A DNA stretch of 64,000 nt from an uncultured Solirubrobacterales bacterium (GCA_963844765.1 CAWJPN010000001.1:218565-282564), one strand, 5' to 3'; shown: positions 18,791 through 28,044, counted from the stretch's first letter. The notes: generated by a model from the sequence alone, not told the origin. Numbers and translations: made by a program.

Positions 18791-18991
18791 GTGAGCGCGC
18801 CGACACGCAAGACGGCCTTCGCCTGCGAATGCTGCGGGCTCACGGGCGCCAGCCTCGTCCCTGTCGAGCACAGGAAGACGAGGGAGCGCGACCGCATCGC
18901 CTTGTGCCGAGGCTGTGTCCGCAACCCGAACCGCACGGTCTGGCTCCGGTGGCGGCTGGTTGAGCGCGAGCGCACGGGGGCCGGGCGATGA
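18791..18991 (+). CDS. Small Zn-finger protein (CxCC..LCxxC)
   Basis: Homologous to 30634-30831. Confidence 0.6.
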   Translation: MSAPTRKTAFACECCGLTGASLVPVEHRKTRERDRIALCRGCVRNPNRTVWLRWRLVERERTGAGR

Positions 18992-19278
18992 GTGGCTTCG
19001 GGCAGCACGTCGAGCAGCGTCTCGCGGCTGGCGCCGCGGCCTATGGCGATGGTGGCTATCGCCGGCCGCTCGGTGAGCTGATCGCCGAGCAGCTTGAGGA
19101 GGCAGCGGATCTTGCGGGGTGGGGCCGGATCGCCGTCGCCGTCCTCGCCGACCGTGACGACCTGGAGCCCTGTGAGCGCGAAGAGGTCACGGCGGCGTTG
19201 CACTGTGCCGAGAACCATGCACGGCAGGCGTGGGCTCGTCTCGATGGTGCGCTTGGGATCGTCCGGGGTGCGTCGTGA
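18988..19278 (+). CDS. Hypothetical phage-type protein
   Basis: Coupled starts and stops; EQLEEAADLAGW motif. Confidence 0.55.
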   Translation: MSGFGQHVEQRLAAGAAAYGDGGYRRPLGELIAEQLEEAADLAGWGRIAVAVLADRDDLEPCEREEVTAALHCAENHARQAWARLDGALGIVRGAS

Positions 19279-19604
19279 GCGCCGTTGAGCGACGCAAGGG
19301 TGCAGTCGCCGAGCGTGAGGTCGTCGCCTTGATCCGTGAGGCGGGTTGGCCGGATGCGAGGCGGACGCATGATGGTCGTGCTCAGGTGGGCCGCGGCGAC
19401 GTCGCAGGAGGCCCAGCAGGCGTCCACTGGGAGATCAAGCGGGTCGAGCGGCTGAGTGTGCCGGGGGCGCTCGCGCAGGTCCGCGCTGACGCCGATCCGG
19501 GAGACTTGCCGGTCCTTGTGCATCGCCCGTCGCGGGCCGACTGGATGGCGACAGTGCCGTTGGCTGACCTGCTGGCTCTGCTGGCGTTGAGGGAGCGGGC
19601 ATGA
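19275..19604 (+). CDS. PD-(D/E)xK Holliday-junction resolvase (Hjc-like)
   Basis: KGAVAEREV, GD, WEIK, PVLVHR..W. Confidence 0.75.
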   Translation: MSAVERRKGAVAEREVVALIREAGWPDARRTHDGRAQVGRGDVAGGPAGVHWEIKRVERLSVPGALAQVRADADPGDLPVLVHRPSRADWMATVPLADLLALLALRERA

Positions 19605-19873
19605 GCACGCCAGCAGGCACCCGTAGGGCACCTGGACGCCGGCCACTGCCCTTGCCGAGGTGGAAGGTGTCGATCGCCGCGCACGACATCCCACCACGCT
19701 GGCGCATTCCTGCGCAGACGCGGGCGGTGGGTGCGGCCTCGGCGGAGGCTGCGTGCATGGTGGCGGTGAGGTCCGCGCACAGGGAGGCCGGCGCCGCGCC
19801 GCTGCTCAGCCTGGTCGCCCTGTCGTTGGATCATGTGCGGGTTGAGCGTGTGGGGAGGCGTGATGGCTGCTAA
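19601..19873 (+). CDS. Conserved element protein (homolog of 30828-31094)
   Basis: Shared PLPxWxVxIxxHDIPPRWRIPA and PLLSxxALSLDH. Confidence 0.75.
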   Translation: MSTPAGTRRAPGRRPLPLPRWKVSIAAHDIPPRWRIPAQTRAVGAASAEAACMVAVRSAHREAGAAPLLSLVALSLDHVRVERVGRRDGC

Positions 19874-20477
19874 GCGGACTCGGGCTGAGCGGCGGGAGAG
19901 CGTTGTGCGGATGCTGACCGAGGACCCCAAGCGGCCGGACCGTGCGATTGCGCGTGCGACTTCCGCGTCGCACACGCTGGTCGGCCAGGTGCGTAGGGAG
20001 CTTGTATCTGCCGGAAAGATTGCCCCACGGTCCTGCCAGCCTGAGACGGCAACCCAGCAGGGGCATGGCAACTTGACGCGGCAGACGGCCGGTGAGCCGT
20101 CGCCCGCTGTCACGCACGGCGCATATTCTGCCAAGGCGTTGGCTTCTCGCGTGGAGGAGTTGACGGACGAGCTGCGGGGCGTGGTGCCGGGCGCCAAGGC
20201 GGCCGATGACACGGCGATCCGGCTGCTGGCGTTGTTGTTGGCACAGATCGAGGCGGTGAACGCTTGGATCGCGGAGCGTGGGCTGTTCAAGCGGGCGGGT
20301 CGGGGTGAGCCTCAGCCGATCTTGGCGATGCAGACGCGGTGGATCGGTGCGGCGGCGAAGCTCTGCGACCAGCTGGGGCTGACGCCGACTGCTCGCGCTC
20401 GGCTGGGTGTGGTTCGTGATGGTGAGGATGCGTACGCGCACTATTTGGAGATCACTCAAGGAAAGGACCTGAAGTGA
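19863..20477 (+). CDS. terS: Terminase small subunit-like protein with N-terminal HTH
   Basis: HGAYS and LCDQLGLTPTARARLG (P27-type TerS signature); lies upstream of terL. Confidence 0.6.
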   Translation: MAAKRTRAERRESVVRMLTEDPKRPDRAIARATSASHTLVGQVRRELVSAGKIAPRSCQPETATQQGHGNLTRQTAGEPSPAVTHGAYSAKALASRVEELTDELRGVVPGAKAADDTAIRLLALLLAQIEAVNAWIAERGLFKRAGRGEPQPILAMQTRWIGAAAKLCDQLGLTPTARARLGVVRDGEDAYAHYLEITQGKDLK

Positions 20478-20827
20478 CTGCTGGGAATCCTGCCGGTCCG
20501 CGTACGGTGACGGGTGGTGGTCACGGAGGCTGTGATTTCTGCGTCTCGACGTGCGCGGCGGTCGTCGCCTTCCCGGCCCGGCCGGTCGCGAGGGAGGTCA
20601 CGACGCGCCCCCGCTGGTGGCTGGCGTGTCGCGAGTGCGCTCGGCTGGTTGCATCGACGGACCGTGGGAGGCTGGCGTGGCGTGCGCTGGACGGCCGGGT
20701 GCGGGCGTGTGGTGGTGGCTTGGGTCTGACGGCGGACGCCGCTCACCTGGCGCACATCCGCGGGACGCACGATCTCTTCTGGTCGGCACGCGACGGTGAG
20801 CCTGAGCTGTTGGGGGTGGGGGTGTGA
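20474..20827 (+). CDS. Hypothetical Cys-motif protein (CDFC..CREC)
   Basis: Coupled between terS and terL. Confidence 0.55.
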   Translation: MTAGNPAGPRTVTGGGHGGCDFCVSTCAAVVAFPARPVAREVTTRPRWWLACRECARLVASTDRGRLAWRALDGRVRACGGGLGLTADAAHLAHIRGTHDLFWSARDGEPELLGVGV

Positions 20828-22345
20828 GTGTCGCTCCAAGCATTGGGTTGTGCGAGGCGTTGGATTCTCCGGCCCTCCTCGGCCGGGAGTTGGAGTTGTC
20901 GCCGCGTCAGCGGGAGCCGTGTGAGGCGATCGATGCGGGCGCGACGCTCGTTGTGCTTGAGTGGGGTCGTCGCTCGTTCAAGACGGGCGTGCAGAGTGCG
21001 ATCGGCTTGTGGCATTGCTTGCCTCGGGAAGAGTTCGGCGAGTATCTGCGGCCCGGTGAGGTCCGGCGGGTGCTTGCTTTGGCGACGAACCTCAAGCAGG
21101 CGCGGGGCGTGATCGCTGCGGCTGAGGTTGTGATCGCTACGTCGAAGGTGCTCGGGCCGATGGTCGAGAGCCGGACGGATTTGGAGATCAGGTTCCGGCA
21201 CGGTGTTGTGTTCGCAGCGATGCCGGCGAACGCGCCGGGTGACCGTGGGAGGGGCGCTAGCTGCGTTTTGCTGGATGAGTTTGCGCACCACTTCGATGGT
21301 GACTCGGACGGGCCGAAGTCGGCTGAGACTTTGCTCGCGGCGGTCGTGCCGAGCGTGTCTCAGTTCGAGTCGCTTGGGAGCCTTGTTGTGGCGTCCACGC
21401 CTTCGGGCGACTCGAATAAGTTTGCTGAACTGTGTGATGACATTGTTGAGAATCCGTCGCCGACCGCGGCGTACTTTTTCGGCAAGACGTGGGAGATCAA
21501 CCCGAAAATCCGGGAGGATGGTCTCGCGGAGGAGCGGCGTCTGCTTGGCCCCGAGCTGTTTTCGCAGGAGTATGAATGCAACCGGCTTAGCGGCGCGGGG
21601 TCGTTCCTGAACGCGGACGCGATTGAGGGGTGCGTGTCGGATGGTGGTGATGTGGGGTACACGGCTGGGCTGGAATTCTCTCTCGGGATAGATCCCGCGA
21701 TGAGTTCGGATACGTTCGGGTGTGTGGTGCTGGGGTGTTGAGCGGAGCGACCCGTCGCGGATGGTGGTCTGCCAGGTTCATGGGTGGCAGGGTGAAAAGT
21801 CGGATACTTTTGAGCAGGCGCGGTTGCGGGAGGATGAGCTGCTTGCGCGTGTAGTGGCGGTCTGCCGGGAGTATCGCATTACGGAGGTCGCGACGGATGT
21901 TTTCAAGGCTAGGGAGATCCGTAGCCGTCTCTCGGAGCACGGGGTTACTGTGGTGGATGTGCCGTTCTCTGGTGATGGTCGCCGGCAGGTATTCACGGGG
22001 TTGCGTTTGGTGATCGACGAGCAGCGGATTGACTTGCCGCGTGAACCTGAATTGTTGCGTGAGCTTCGCGCTTTGCGGGTGAAGTACACGAGCGCGGGGC
22101 AGGTCGTTGAGATACCCCGGCTGTCGGGGGGTAACCATTGTGACCGGACGGTCGCTCTCGCGCTTGCTATCGCGGCGCGTGAGGGTGGTGAGTCGTGGCC
22201 GGCGTTTGGGTCGTATACGCCGCCTCCTCGGGGGACTGTTGCGGGTGACGTTGCGGCGGAGCGTGGTGAATTGTTCGACGCGGGCGGCGAGGACGATGGT
22301 GGGGTGTTCGGCGGGTATTACGATAGTCCGATCGACAATTGGTGA
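20824..22345 (+). CDS. terL: Terminase large subunit (A), split by one extra G at about 21732-21735
   Basis: GRRSFKT, LLDEFAH, ASTPSG, GIDP, HCD; the two frames join as CVVLG|VERSDPSR and align colinearly with intact terL of B. Confidence 0.8.
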
Positions 22346-22412
22346 CGACCGATGAGTGGGTCATACTGTGTATAGGCGAGGGCGTGTGCTCTCACAATCG
22401 AAAGGAACGGAA

Positions 22413-23306
22413 ATGCTAGCGGTAATTGATCAGGCGGAGCGGCTGCGGCAGGCTTCCCCCGCGTGGATGGAGTCCCGAATGAGGGAGTGCGGTTTCACGT
22501 CGGGCATGTCTGCTGCGGAGGGCGACGAGGCCGGCCAGCGGCTCGTCGAGATGGCTGGGAGGGAATACCGGATGCGCGAGGCGGCGGCGCAGACCATCGA
22601 TATGCGCTCGCGGGCGAAGCGCTCGGCGGGGTACCGTTTGCCGACGCCGCCGGCGGATGATTCGATGATGGCGTTCCTCGCGGAGGAGGGAGTTCCGATG
22701 CGGACCCGCGAGGCGACGTATGGTGGCGAAAACGGCACGCCTAAGGTGGCCTATGAGGATCAGGATACCTACCGGGATATAACGGATTTATTCAGCGTCC
22801 TGGATCAGGAATTGGAAAACGGGACGCCGAATCTGGAGAACCGTCAGGTCGAAGAAATTGCGACGGCGATGCAGGAAGGCCGTCCGTTGTCGGATGTGCA
22901 GATCGGTGTGCTGCGTGGTCTGCTCGACAAGTATTCAGCCGAGCTTGCGGCTTTCCGGGCGAGCGGCCGTGAAGGCCAGGACTATGGGAGCGTCCCTGAC
23001 CCGGCGACCGCACGGCTCGCGGAGTCCGCGGCGGGTGGCCTGATCGACTTGTTCGCGGAGGAGCCGCCGCCGGCACCGGGGCCAGACGGCTTGTATGACC
23101 TCAGCGTGGATGGTGTGCCGACTGTCCCGCGTGATGTTGGCGAGGCCGAGGCTTCGCGGCTACGCGAGACCGCGTATGAGCCAGAGGAGGGCCTACTCGA
23201 CCTCCGCGAGTCGGGTGTTCCGATGGTGGGCTCGGTGCCCCGGAAGCCCACAGCAGAGATCCTTGCCGAAGCGAATGAACTCGCCCGGCTGGAGGAGACG
23301 CTGTGA
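22413..23306 (+). CDS. Acidic late protein rich in LxE[S/A/T] motifs (scaffold-like candidate)
   Basis: Strong RBS AAAGGAA; directly after terL; function is inference. Confidence 0.65.
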   Translation: MLAVIDQAERLRQASPAWMESRMRECGFTSGMSAAEGDEAGQRLVEMAGREYRMREAAAQTIDMRSRAKRSAGYRLPTPPADDSMMAFLAEEGVPMRTREATYGGENGTPKVAYEDQDTYRDITDLFSVLDQELENGTPNLENRQVEEIATAMQEGRPLSDVQIGVLRGLLDKYSAELAAFRASGREGQDYGSVPDPATARLAESAAGGLIDLFAEEPPPAPGPDGLYDLSVDGVPTVPRDVGEAEASRLRETAYEPEEGLLDLRESGVPMVGSVPRKPTAEILAEANELARLEETL

Positions 23307-23479
23307 GCGCCGTCGAGACGATCGAGGCTGCGGACCCGGCGCTACAGGGACTCACACGGATCACCGAGTTGCCGGGCGCCGCGCTGCCGGTCGAAGAGTG
23401 CAGGTGGACGCCCGACCTGGCACTTCGCTACGGCGCAGGCGAGGCGCCGGCGAGAAGGCTAACCCAAACAGGTAACTGA
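23303..23479 (+). CDS. Small hypothetical protein (58 aa, below the ORF-track cutoff)
   Basis: GTGA overlap with the upstream stop. Confidence 0.45.
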   Translation: MSAVETIEAADPALQGLTRITELPGAALPVEECRWTPDLALRYGAGEAPARRLTQTGN

Positions 23480-24043
23480 AAGGAATGTCATGGCGATTGA
23501 AGAGTTGGCTCAGGCCGCGAGCCTGAACCCGAGTCCCGCAACGAGCAGTCAGACGGTGGTGGCGCAGCAGGCCCGCGTTGTGTACGGCTGGAGCTACTGG
23601 GGGTGAGTCTTGTTCTTTCGCGCTGTGCCTGCAAGCGGTGCGTGTGCCAGCCGGCGCCTTCCCTTCATCGGGCGCCGTGGCGGGCCAGGGGCTTTCGTTC
23701 CTTTCACCCCTGGCCCGCCGCCTGGCGCGATTGGTTTCGTGGCGGGTCCTCTTCTCCCTGTCGCGGGATGGTGAGCGCCCGGCGTGGTTCGTGATGGTCT
23801 CGCGCCGGGCAGCTCCCAAAGCAAGGGATATGTCGCATCGTCCGACACTTCGGGGCCGTGTCAGCGCTCCGCTTCGACGGCGGCTGTCAGCTCCGTGATC
23901 GTCAGGTCGAGTGCGGCTGCGACCGCGCAGATCGTGCTCCAGGCGGGGTCGGACTGTCCGAGCTACCGGCAATCGTGCTCGTGATCTGCCTGGTCTTCCC
24001 TGCTCGCGGGCGTGGTGTGCGCCGTGATCCTTGGCTGGCAGGT

Positions 24044-24280
24044 CTAGGCGGGGGTGTCCTCGGTGGCCTGCGCGAGCTCGGAGACGGATACGCCGAGCCC
24101 GGCCGCGATGCGCGCGACGGTCGTCCACGCCGGGTTGGATGTGCCGCGCTCGGCGCGGACGTACGCCGTGACGCTCAACCCGGAGCGGTGGATCACGTCC
24201 TCCTGCGTCATGCCGCGCTCTGCCCGCAGGCGACGGATCGCGGCGGCGAGCGCGGGGTCGGGCGGTTCCCTTGTTGGCAT
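24044..24280 (-). CDS. XRE-family repressor (A)
   Basis: IRRLRAERGMTQEDV..SGLS..ERG..NP.W.TV; DNA-level homolog of 36271-36501. Confidence 0.88.
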   Translation of the reverse strand: MPTREPPDPALAAAIRRLRAERGMTQEDVIHRSGLSVTAYVRAERGTSNPAWTTVARIAAGLGVSVSELAQATEDTPA

Positions 24281-24295
24281 GAGAGGAACATGCCG

Positions 24296-24335
24296 TGAAC
24301 TGGTGCGCTAGTCCAGGTGTCAGCGCACCAGTTCA
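24296..24335. promoter_or_regulatory. Perfect 14-bp inverted repeat, probable operator in the divergent promoter region
   Basis: TGAACTGGTGCGCT-N12-AGCGCACCAGTTCA. Confidence 0.65.
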
Positions 24336-24362
24336 AGTGAACCTGTACCGTTTTGCGCGCCT

Positions 24363-24447
24363 CGGCGCTCATCCCCACAGGACGCCGCCCTGGCACGTGG
24401 GCCGGCGTCGGGTGCGCTCGATATCACGCCCGGCGTCGGCTCCTACA
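24363..24447 (+). ncRNA. Candidate structured leader RNA (motif 2, copy A)
   Basis: High identity to 36586-36674; two hairpins with wobble-compatible changes. Confidence 0.55.
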
Positions 24448-24460
24448 CGCGGGGCACACG

Positions 24461-24631
24461 ATGACACGCCAGCGCTCGTTGACCGCGCAACTATTCCGGG
24501 CGGCTCGGCTGTCGGCGACCGCGAGGGCCGTCGCGTCGGGGAATCCGAAGCGGGTAGCTCGCCGCGCGAAGAACATCGCCGTGGGCCGTGCGCTGGGCCG
24601 TGCCGGCGTATGGCGGAGGTTGTGGAAGTGA
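24461..24631 (+). CDS. Small basic protein
   Basis: MTRQRSLTAQLFRAARL..NIAVGRALGRAG. Confidence 0.6.
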   Translation: MTRQRSLTAQLFRAARLSATARAVASGNPKRVARRAKNIAVGRALGRAGVWRRLWK

Positions 24632-24729
24632 CAACGGGCATCGCGTAGGGTACCGTGTCCCGTAGTTGGTGTGGTACCCTTTCTGGCATGGCTCCGGGTA
24701 GGAGCTTCGGCTAAGCGAAAGGACCAACG

Positions 24730-24969
24730 ATGGGCACGACGACAGAGCGGGCCGAGAAGGTGCGCGAGAACCGGCTCAGGGCGATGGCCGAGCGGCAGGG
24801 GCTCGCACTCCGCAAGTCGCGCACCCGCGACCCGCGCGCCCTGGACTACGACCGCTGGATGATCCTCGACCCGACCGTGAAGGGTGGCGTAGTCGGGAAG
24901 GGGCGAACCGGCAAGCCGAGCATGACCCTCGGTGAAGTCGAAGACAACCTGATGGGAGATGATGCGTGA
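24730..24969 (+). CDS. Small phage-type protein upstream of the integrase
   Basis: ENRLRAMAERQGL.L.KSRTRDP; RBS AAGGA. Confidence 0.65.
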   Translation: MGTTTERAEKVRENRLRAMAERQGLALRKSRTRDPRALDYDRWMILDPTVKGGVVGKGRTGKPSMTLGEVEDNLMGDDA

Positions 24970-26203
24970 TGGCACGTCCAACGAGGGGCAGCGTCACGAC
25001 GCACCAGGCCCGCGACGGGGTGACGTACCGCTCGCTGCGGTTTACGGCCTACGGCCAGCGGCGTCGTGTCCCGCTCGGCCCGGTGAGCGACGAAGAGGCG
25101 CAGATCGCGCTGCGCCACGCACTCGCGGATGTCGAGCGTGGCGTGTGGCAGCCGCCCGCCGCGATCGAGCCGCCAGCCGAGGCGACGACCACACCGACGT
25201 TCCATGAGTTCGCCGAGGAATGGTGGACGCTCAACGCGGCGCAGCTCGCCGAGAACACCCAGGCGGACTACCGTTGGCGGCTTGAGAGCCACCTCATCCC
25301 GTACTTCGGGGAACGGCGGCTCGACGCGATCACGTTTGACACGGTGGAGCGGTACATCGCCGCGAAGCTCGCGGAAGACGGCCCGTTGTCGGCGCGGTCG
25401 ATCAACATGACGGTCACGCTGCTCGGCGCGGTCCTGGAGCGTGCGGTGGAGCGTGAGCTGATCGCCCGGAACCCCGCGAAGGGGAAGGGTCGCAGGGTCC
25501 GCGAACGCGCCCCCTCGCGGTGTATCTGGATGCTGCGGGGCAGGTCACGGCGCTGCTGGACGCGGCAGGCGATCTGGACCGCAGCGCATCCCGTGGGCGC
25601 CGGCACGTCGAGCGCCGCGCGATGCTCGCGACGCTGACGTTCGCGGGGTTGCGGATCGGCGAGCTGTGCGCGCTGCGCTGGCGCGACGTGGACCTCGCCG
25701 GCGGATGGCTGCACACGGGCTCCAAGACAGACGCCGGTAGACGCAAGGTGAAGATCCGCGGCGCGCTGCGGGATGAGCTGCTGGCGCTCCGTGGACGCCA
25801 CCAGGACGCGCCACAGACCGCGTACGTGTTCGCCACACGCACCGGGGGACAGATGAGCCCGGACAACTTCCGCAACCGGGTGCTGAGTGCTGCCGTGAGG
25901 CGTGCGGGCGAGCGCCTGGAGGCCGAGGGCCTGCCGCCGCTGCCGGACAAGCTGACGCCGCACTCGCTGCGGCGGACGTTCTGCTCGCTGCTGTACGCGC
26001 TCGGTGAGACGCCGCCCGTCGTCATGAACGAAATGGGGCACACCGATCCGGCGCTCGCGCTGCGGGTCTATGCCCAGGCGATGCGCCGCGGCGAGGATGA
26101 GCAGGCGCAGCTCCGGGAGCTGGTCGAGGGCGGGGTTTTGGCCAATAGTGGCCAACGGGGTGAAAACCGGCCAGTGAGCCCGGCGCCCCGCGAGGTCGCC
26201 TGA
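24969..26203 (+). CDS. int: Tyrosine integrase of element A, frameshifted near 25515-25520
   Basis: GLRIGEL, HSLRRT, MGH, LRVY catalytic set in the second frame; N-terminal domains in the first frame; aligns with int of B. Confidence 0.9.
26135..26157. promoter_or_regulatory. Candidate arm-type site pair of element A near attL
   Basis: GTTTTGGCCAATAGTGGCCAACG, ~80 bp from att. Confidence 0.6.
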
Positions 26204-26206
26204 ACG

Positions 26207-26234
26207 AAAAAACCCCGCGTTTGCGGGGCTTTTT
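26207..26234. terminator. Bidirectional intrinsic terminator
   Basis: AAAAAA-CCCCGCGTTTGCGGGG-CTTTTT between the int stop and the tRNA fragment. Confidence 0.8.
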
Positions 26235-26238
26235 GGAG

Positions 26239-26280
26239 CGCGCCCGGCGCGATTCGAACGCGCGACCTCTCGCTCCGGAG
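26239..26280 (-). repeat. A/B junction att: second copy of the tRNA-Arg 3' half
   Basis: Identical to 13035-13076; identity to the intact tRNA begins at the anticodon loop CTCCGGA. Confidence 0.92.
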
Positions 26281-26365
26281 AACGCGGCCAGTCCCGATCG
26301 GCGGGCATCCAACCCGATGTTTGCTGGGGTTCTGTCGAGCCGGTCCTAGCGATCCGAGGCGATTG

Positions 26366-26399
26366 GGCAGCGAAAAGGCAGCGGAACACGGCTGCTGCC
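26366..26399. promoter_or_regulatory. Candidate arm-type sites of element B (GGCAGCGAAA)
   Basis: Two direct copies (26366, 26377) plus an inverted GCTGCC; matching repeats at 41996-42054. Confidence 0.65.
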
Positions 26400-26445
26400 T
26401 TTTCACTCACGGGTCGTTGCGGGGGGCGCCGGGGGCCTCGGACCT

Positions 26446-26650
26446 CTAGGGCTGCTGCTGCTGCTCGCGCGCGGCCTTCAGCGCGGCCTGCGCCAGCCCG
26501 GCTTCCTTGCCCGCCGCCTCGATCCCGGACACGACCTCATCGAGCGCGAACCGCGCGCCCTCCGGGTCGTCGTGGTCCAGCGACTCGACGGCTGCCGCGA
26601 CTTCTTCCTTCACCTTGTTCAGCCGGCGCTCGATATCGGTGATCGCGCCG
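26446..26650 (-). CDS. Small coiled-coil hypothetical protein
   Basis: C-terminal part of ORF 26446-26970 is helical; start uncertain. Confidence 0.45.
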
Positions 26651-26956
26651 CGGACATGCTGGTCGTGCTCGGGTGAGAAGGCCACGGTCTGGACTCTAGC
26701 GCGAAGCCAACGCCGGCGCGAGGTGTCCGCGCGCGCCCGTAGGCTGTCTCTCGGCAGGAAGTTCTCCGGGCGGGCGGCGCTCCAGTGGGTGGGGTGCCGC
26801 CCGTTTTCTCGGGCGAGGGTCTGAAGTATCGGCACCCACGGTAGGGTCGCGGGCGATGGCACCAGGCGCTTCAAGGCAACTATCGGCGTCGGCGTCCCGG
26901 CAGGGCGATGAGGGCTACCGTTGCGCCGCTCGGACCAAAGCTCTACGCTTACGGCC

Positions 26957-27163
26957 ATGAGCACTCTCAACGTGTCGCGCCGCGCGCGCGTCAGGGCGTC
27001 CCGTCGTGCGGGCTTCTCAAGCGGTGTGGCGTCCGTCTTCCGGCTGCTGGGCCGTGGCCGGCCAGCCCCCCCGCTCGTTCGTCGCGGCCCGGGGTCCCTG
27101 CTCGGGGACGCTCACGCACTCCGGCGCGACGGCGAACGCCTATTCCGTGACGACCCAGCCTAG
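26957..27163 (+). CDS. Small hypothetical protein preceding the DUF2335 gene
   Basis: ATG at 26957; overlaps the next start. Confidence 0.5.
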   Translation: MSTLNVSRRARVRASRRAGFSSGVASVFRLLGRGRPAPPLVRRGPGSLLGDAHALRRDGERLFRDDPA

Positions 27164-27692
27164 CGGCCCGCCAGCGGGTGGATCGCCGGAAGGCCGCCGC
27201 GAGCAGGGGGCCGGCGCTCAAGAACTCGACAGGTCCGAGGATGTCATCGACGGCGAGCCGGTCGTTGACGACACCGCGCGTGACCGGCGCCTAGCGTGGT
27301 CTGCGAGCTTCAGCGGTCCCCTTCCGCCCCCTGCGTCCCTCGCGGAGTACGACCAGACCGTGCCGGGCCTTGCGCGCGAGATCGTGGACCAGTGGAAGGC
27401 CGAGACGGAGCATCGCCACCGCACGATCGACGGGCTGCGCGAAATCGACCGCGACTCGATGCACGCCTACTACGGGAGCGAGCGTCGCGGCCAATGGCTG
27501 GCTCTCGTCGTCTTCCTCGCCGTGATCGCCGTGGCCGTCCTGGCGATCGTCTTGCATCGCGAAGCGGTCGGCGTAGCCGCGATCGTCACCGGGGGCGCCT
27601 CGGCGATATGGGCTATGCGCCGGCGTAGCGACAGCCCCGGCGCCACGGCCCCCCCGACTGACCTCAGCGACGGCGACACCGCGCACGCATAG
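27147..27692 (+). CDS. DUF2335-family membrane protein
   Basis: FSGPLPPP..L.EY...PG.A..I...E.EHRH, then RGQ and two TM helices. Confidence 0.8.
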   Translation: MTTQPSGPPAGGSPEGRREQGAGAQELDRSEDVIDGEPVVDDTARDRRLAWSASFSGPLPPPASLAEYDQTVPGLAREIVDQWKAETEHRHRTIDGLREIDRDSMHAYYGSERRGQWLALVVFLAVIAVAVLAIVLHREAVGVAAIVTGGASAIWAMRRRSDSPGATAPPTDLSDGDTAHA

Positions 27693-27762
27693 ATCCCCCG
27701 CCTCGTTAACGGCCTGACGGCGCCGCCAGCCATCGCAGCCGCTCCAAGGTCTAACGTGATGC

Positions 27763-28044
27763 GTGCAAATTGGCATTGGTGATTCAACCCCAGCCCCCGA
27801 GACGATTCGGGGGCTTCGCCGCGCCGCCCGACTGAGCCAGCAGCAACTCGCCGAAGAGGCTCGGGTCTCAATCAACAGCGTCCGGCTGTTCGAGCAGGGA
27901 TACCGACCAGGCCGCTCAAAAGCCCTGCGTCGCGTGCTCAAAGTCCTCGCCAGCGACCCCGTTAACGAGAACGACGGCGCGGAAACCACCGCACCGTCGC
28001 TCGAAACTTCGCCGGGCGGCCAGGCCCAACATGCCGCAGGCTAG
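27763..28044 (+). CDS. XRE/Cro-like HTH protein, first gene of the B replication operon
   Basis: IRGLRRAARLSQQQLAEEARVS..E.G; C-tail homologous to that of 16072-16410. Confidence 0.8.
   Translation: MQIGIGDSTPAPETIRGLRRAARLSQQQLAEEARVSINSVRLFEQGYRPGRSKALRRVLKVLASDPVNENDGAETTAPSLETSPGGQAQHAAG

Larger units (their letters stand above)
13035..26280. mobile_element. Element A: ~13.2 kb tRNA-integrated phage-satellite-like element
   Basis: Flanked by 42-bp direct repeats; integrase adjacent to att; replication, resolvase, terS and terL genes; no capsid or tail genes. Confidence 0.88.

Noticed and set aside
24285-24350. LexA SOS box in the divergent promoter of A
   Set aside because: GAAC half-sites occur but none in the GAAC-N4-GTTC spacing
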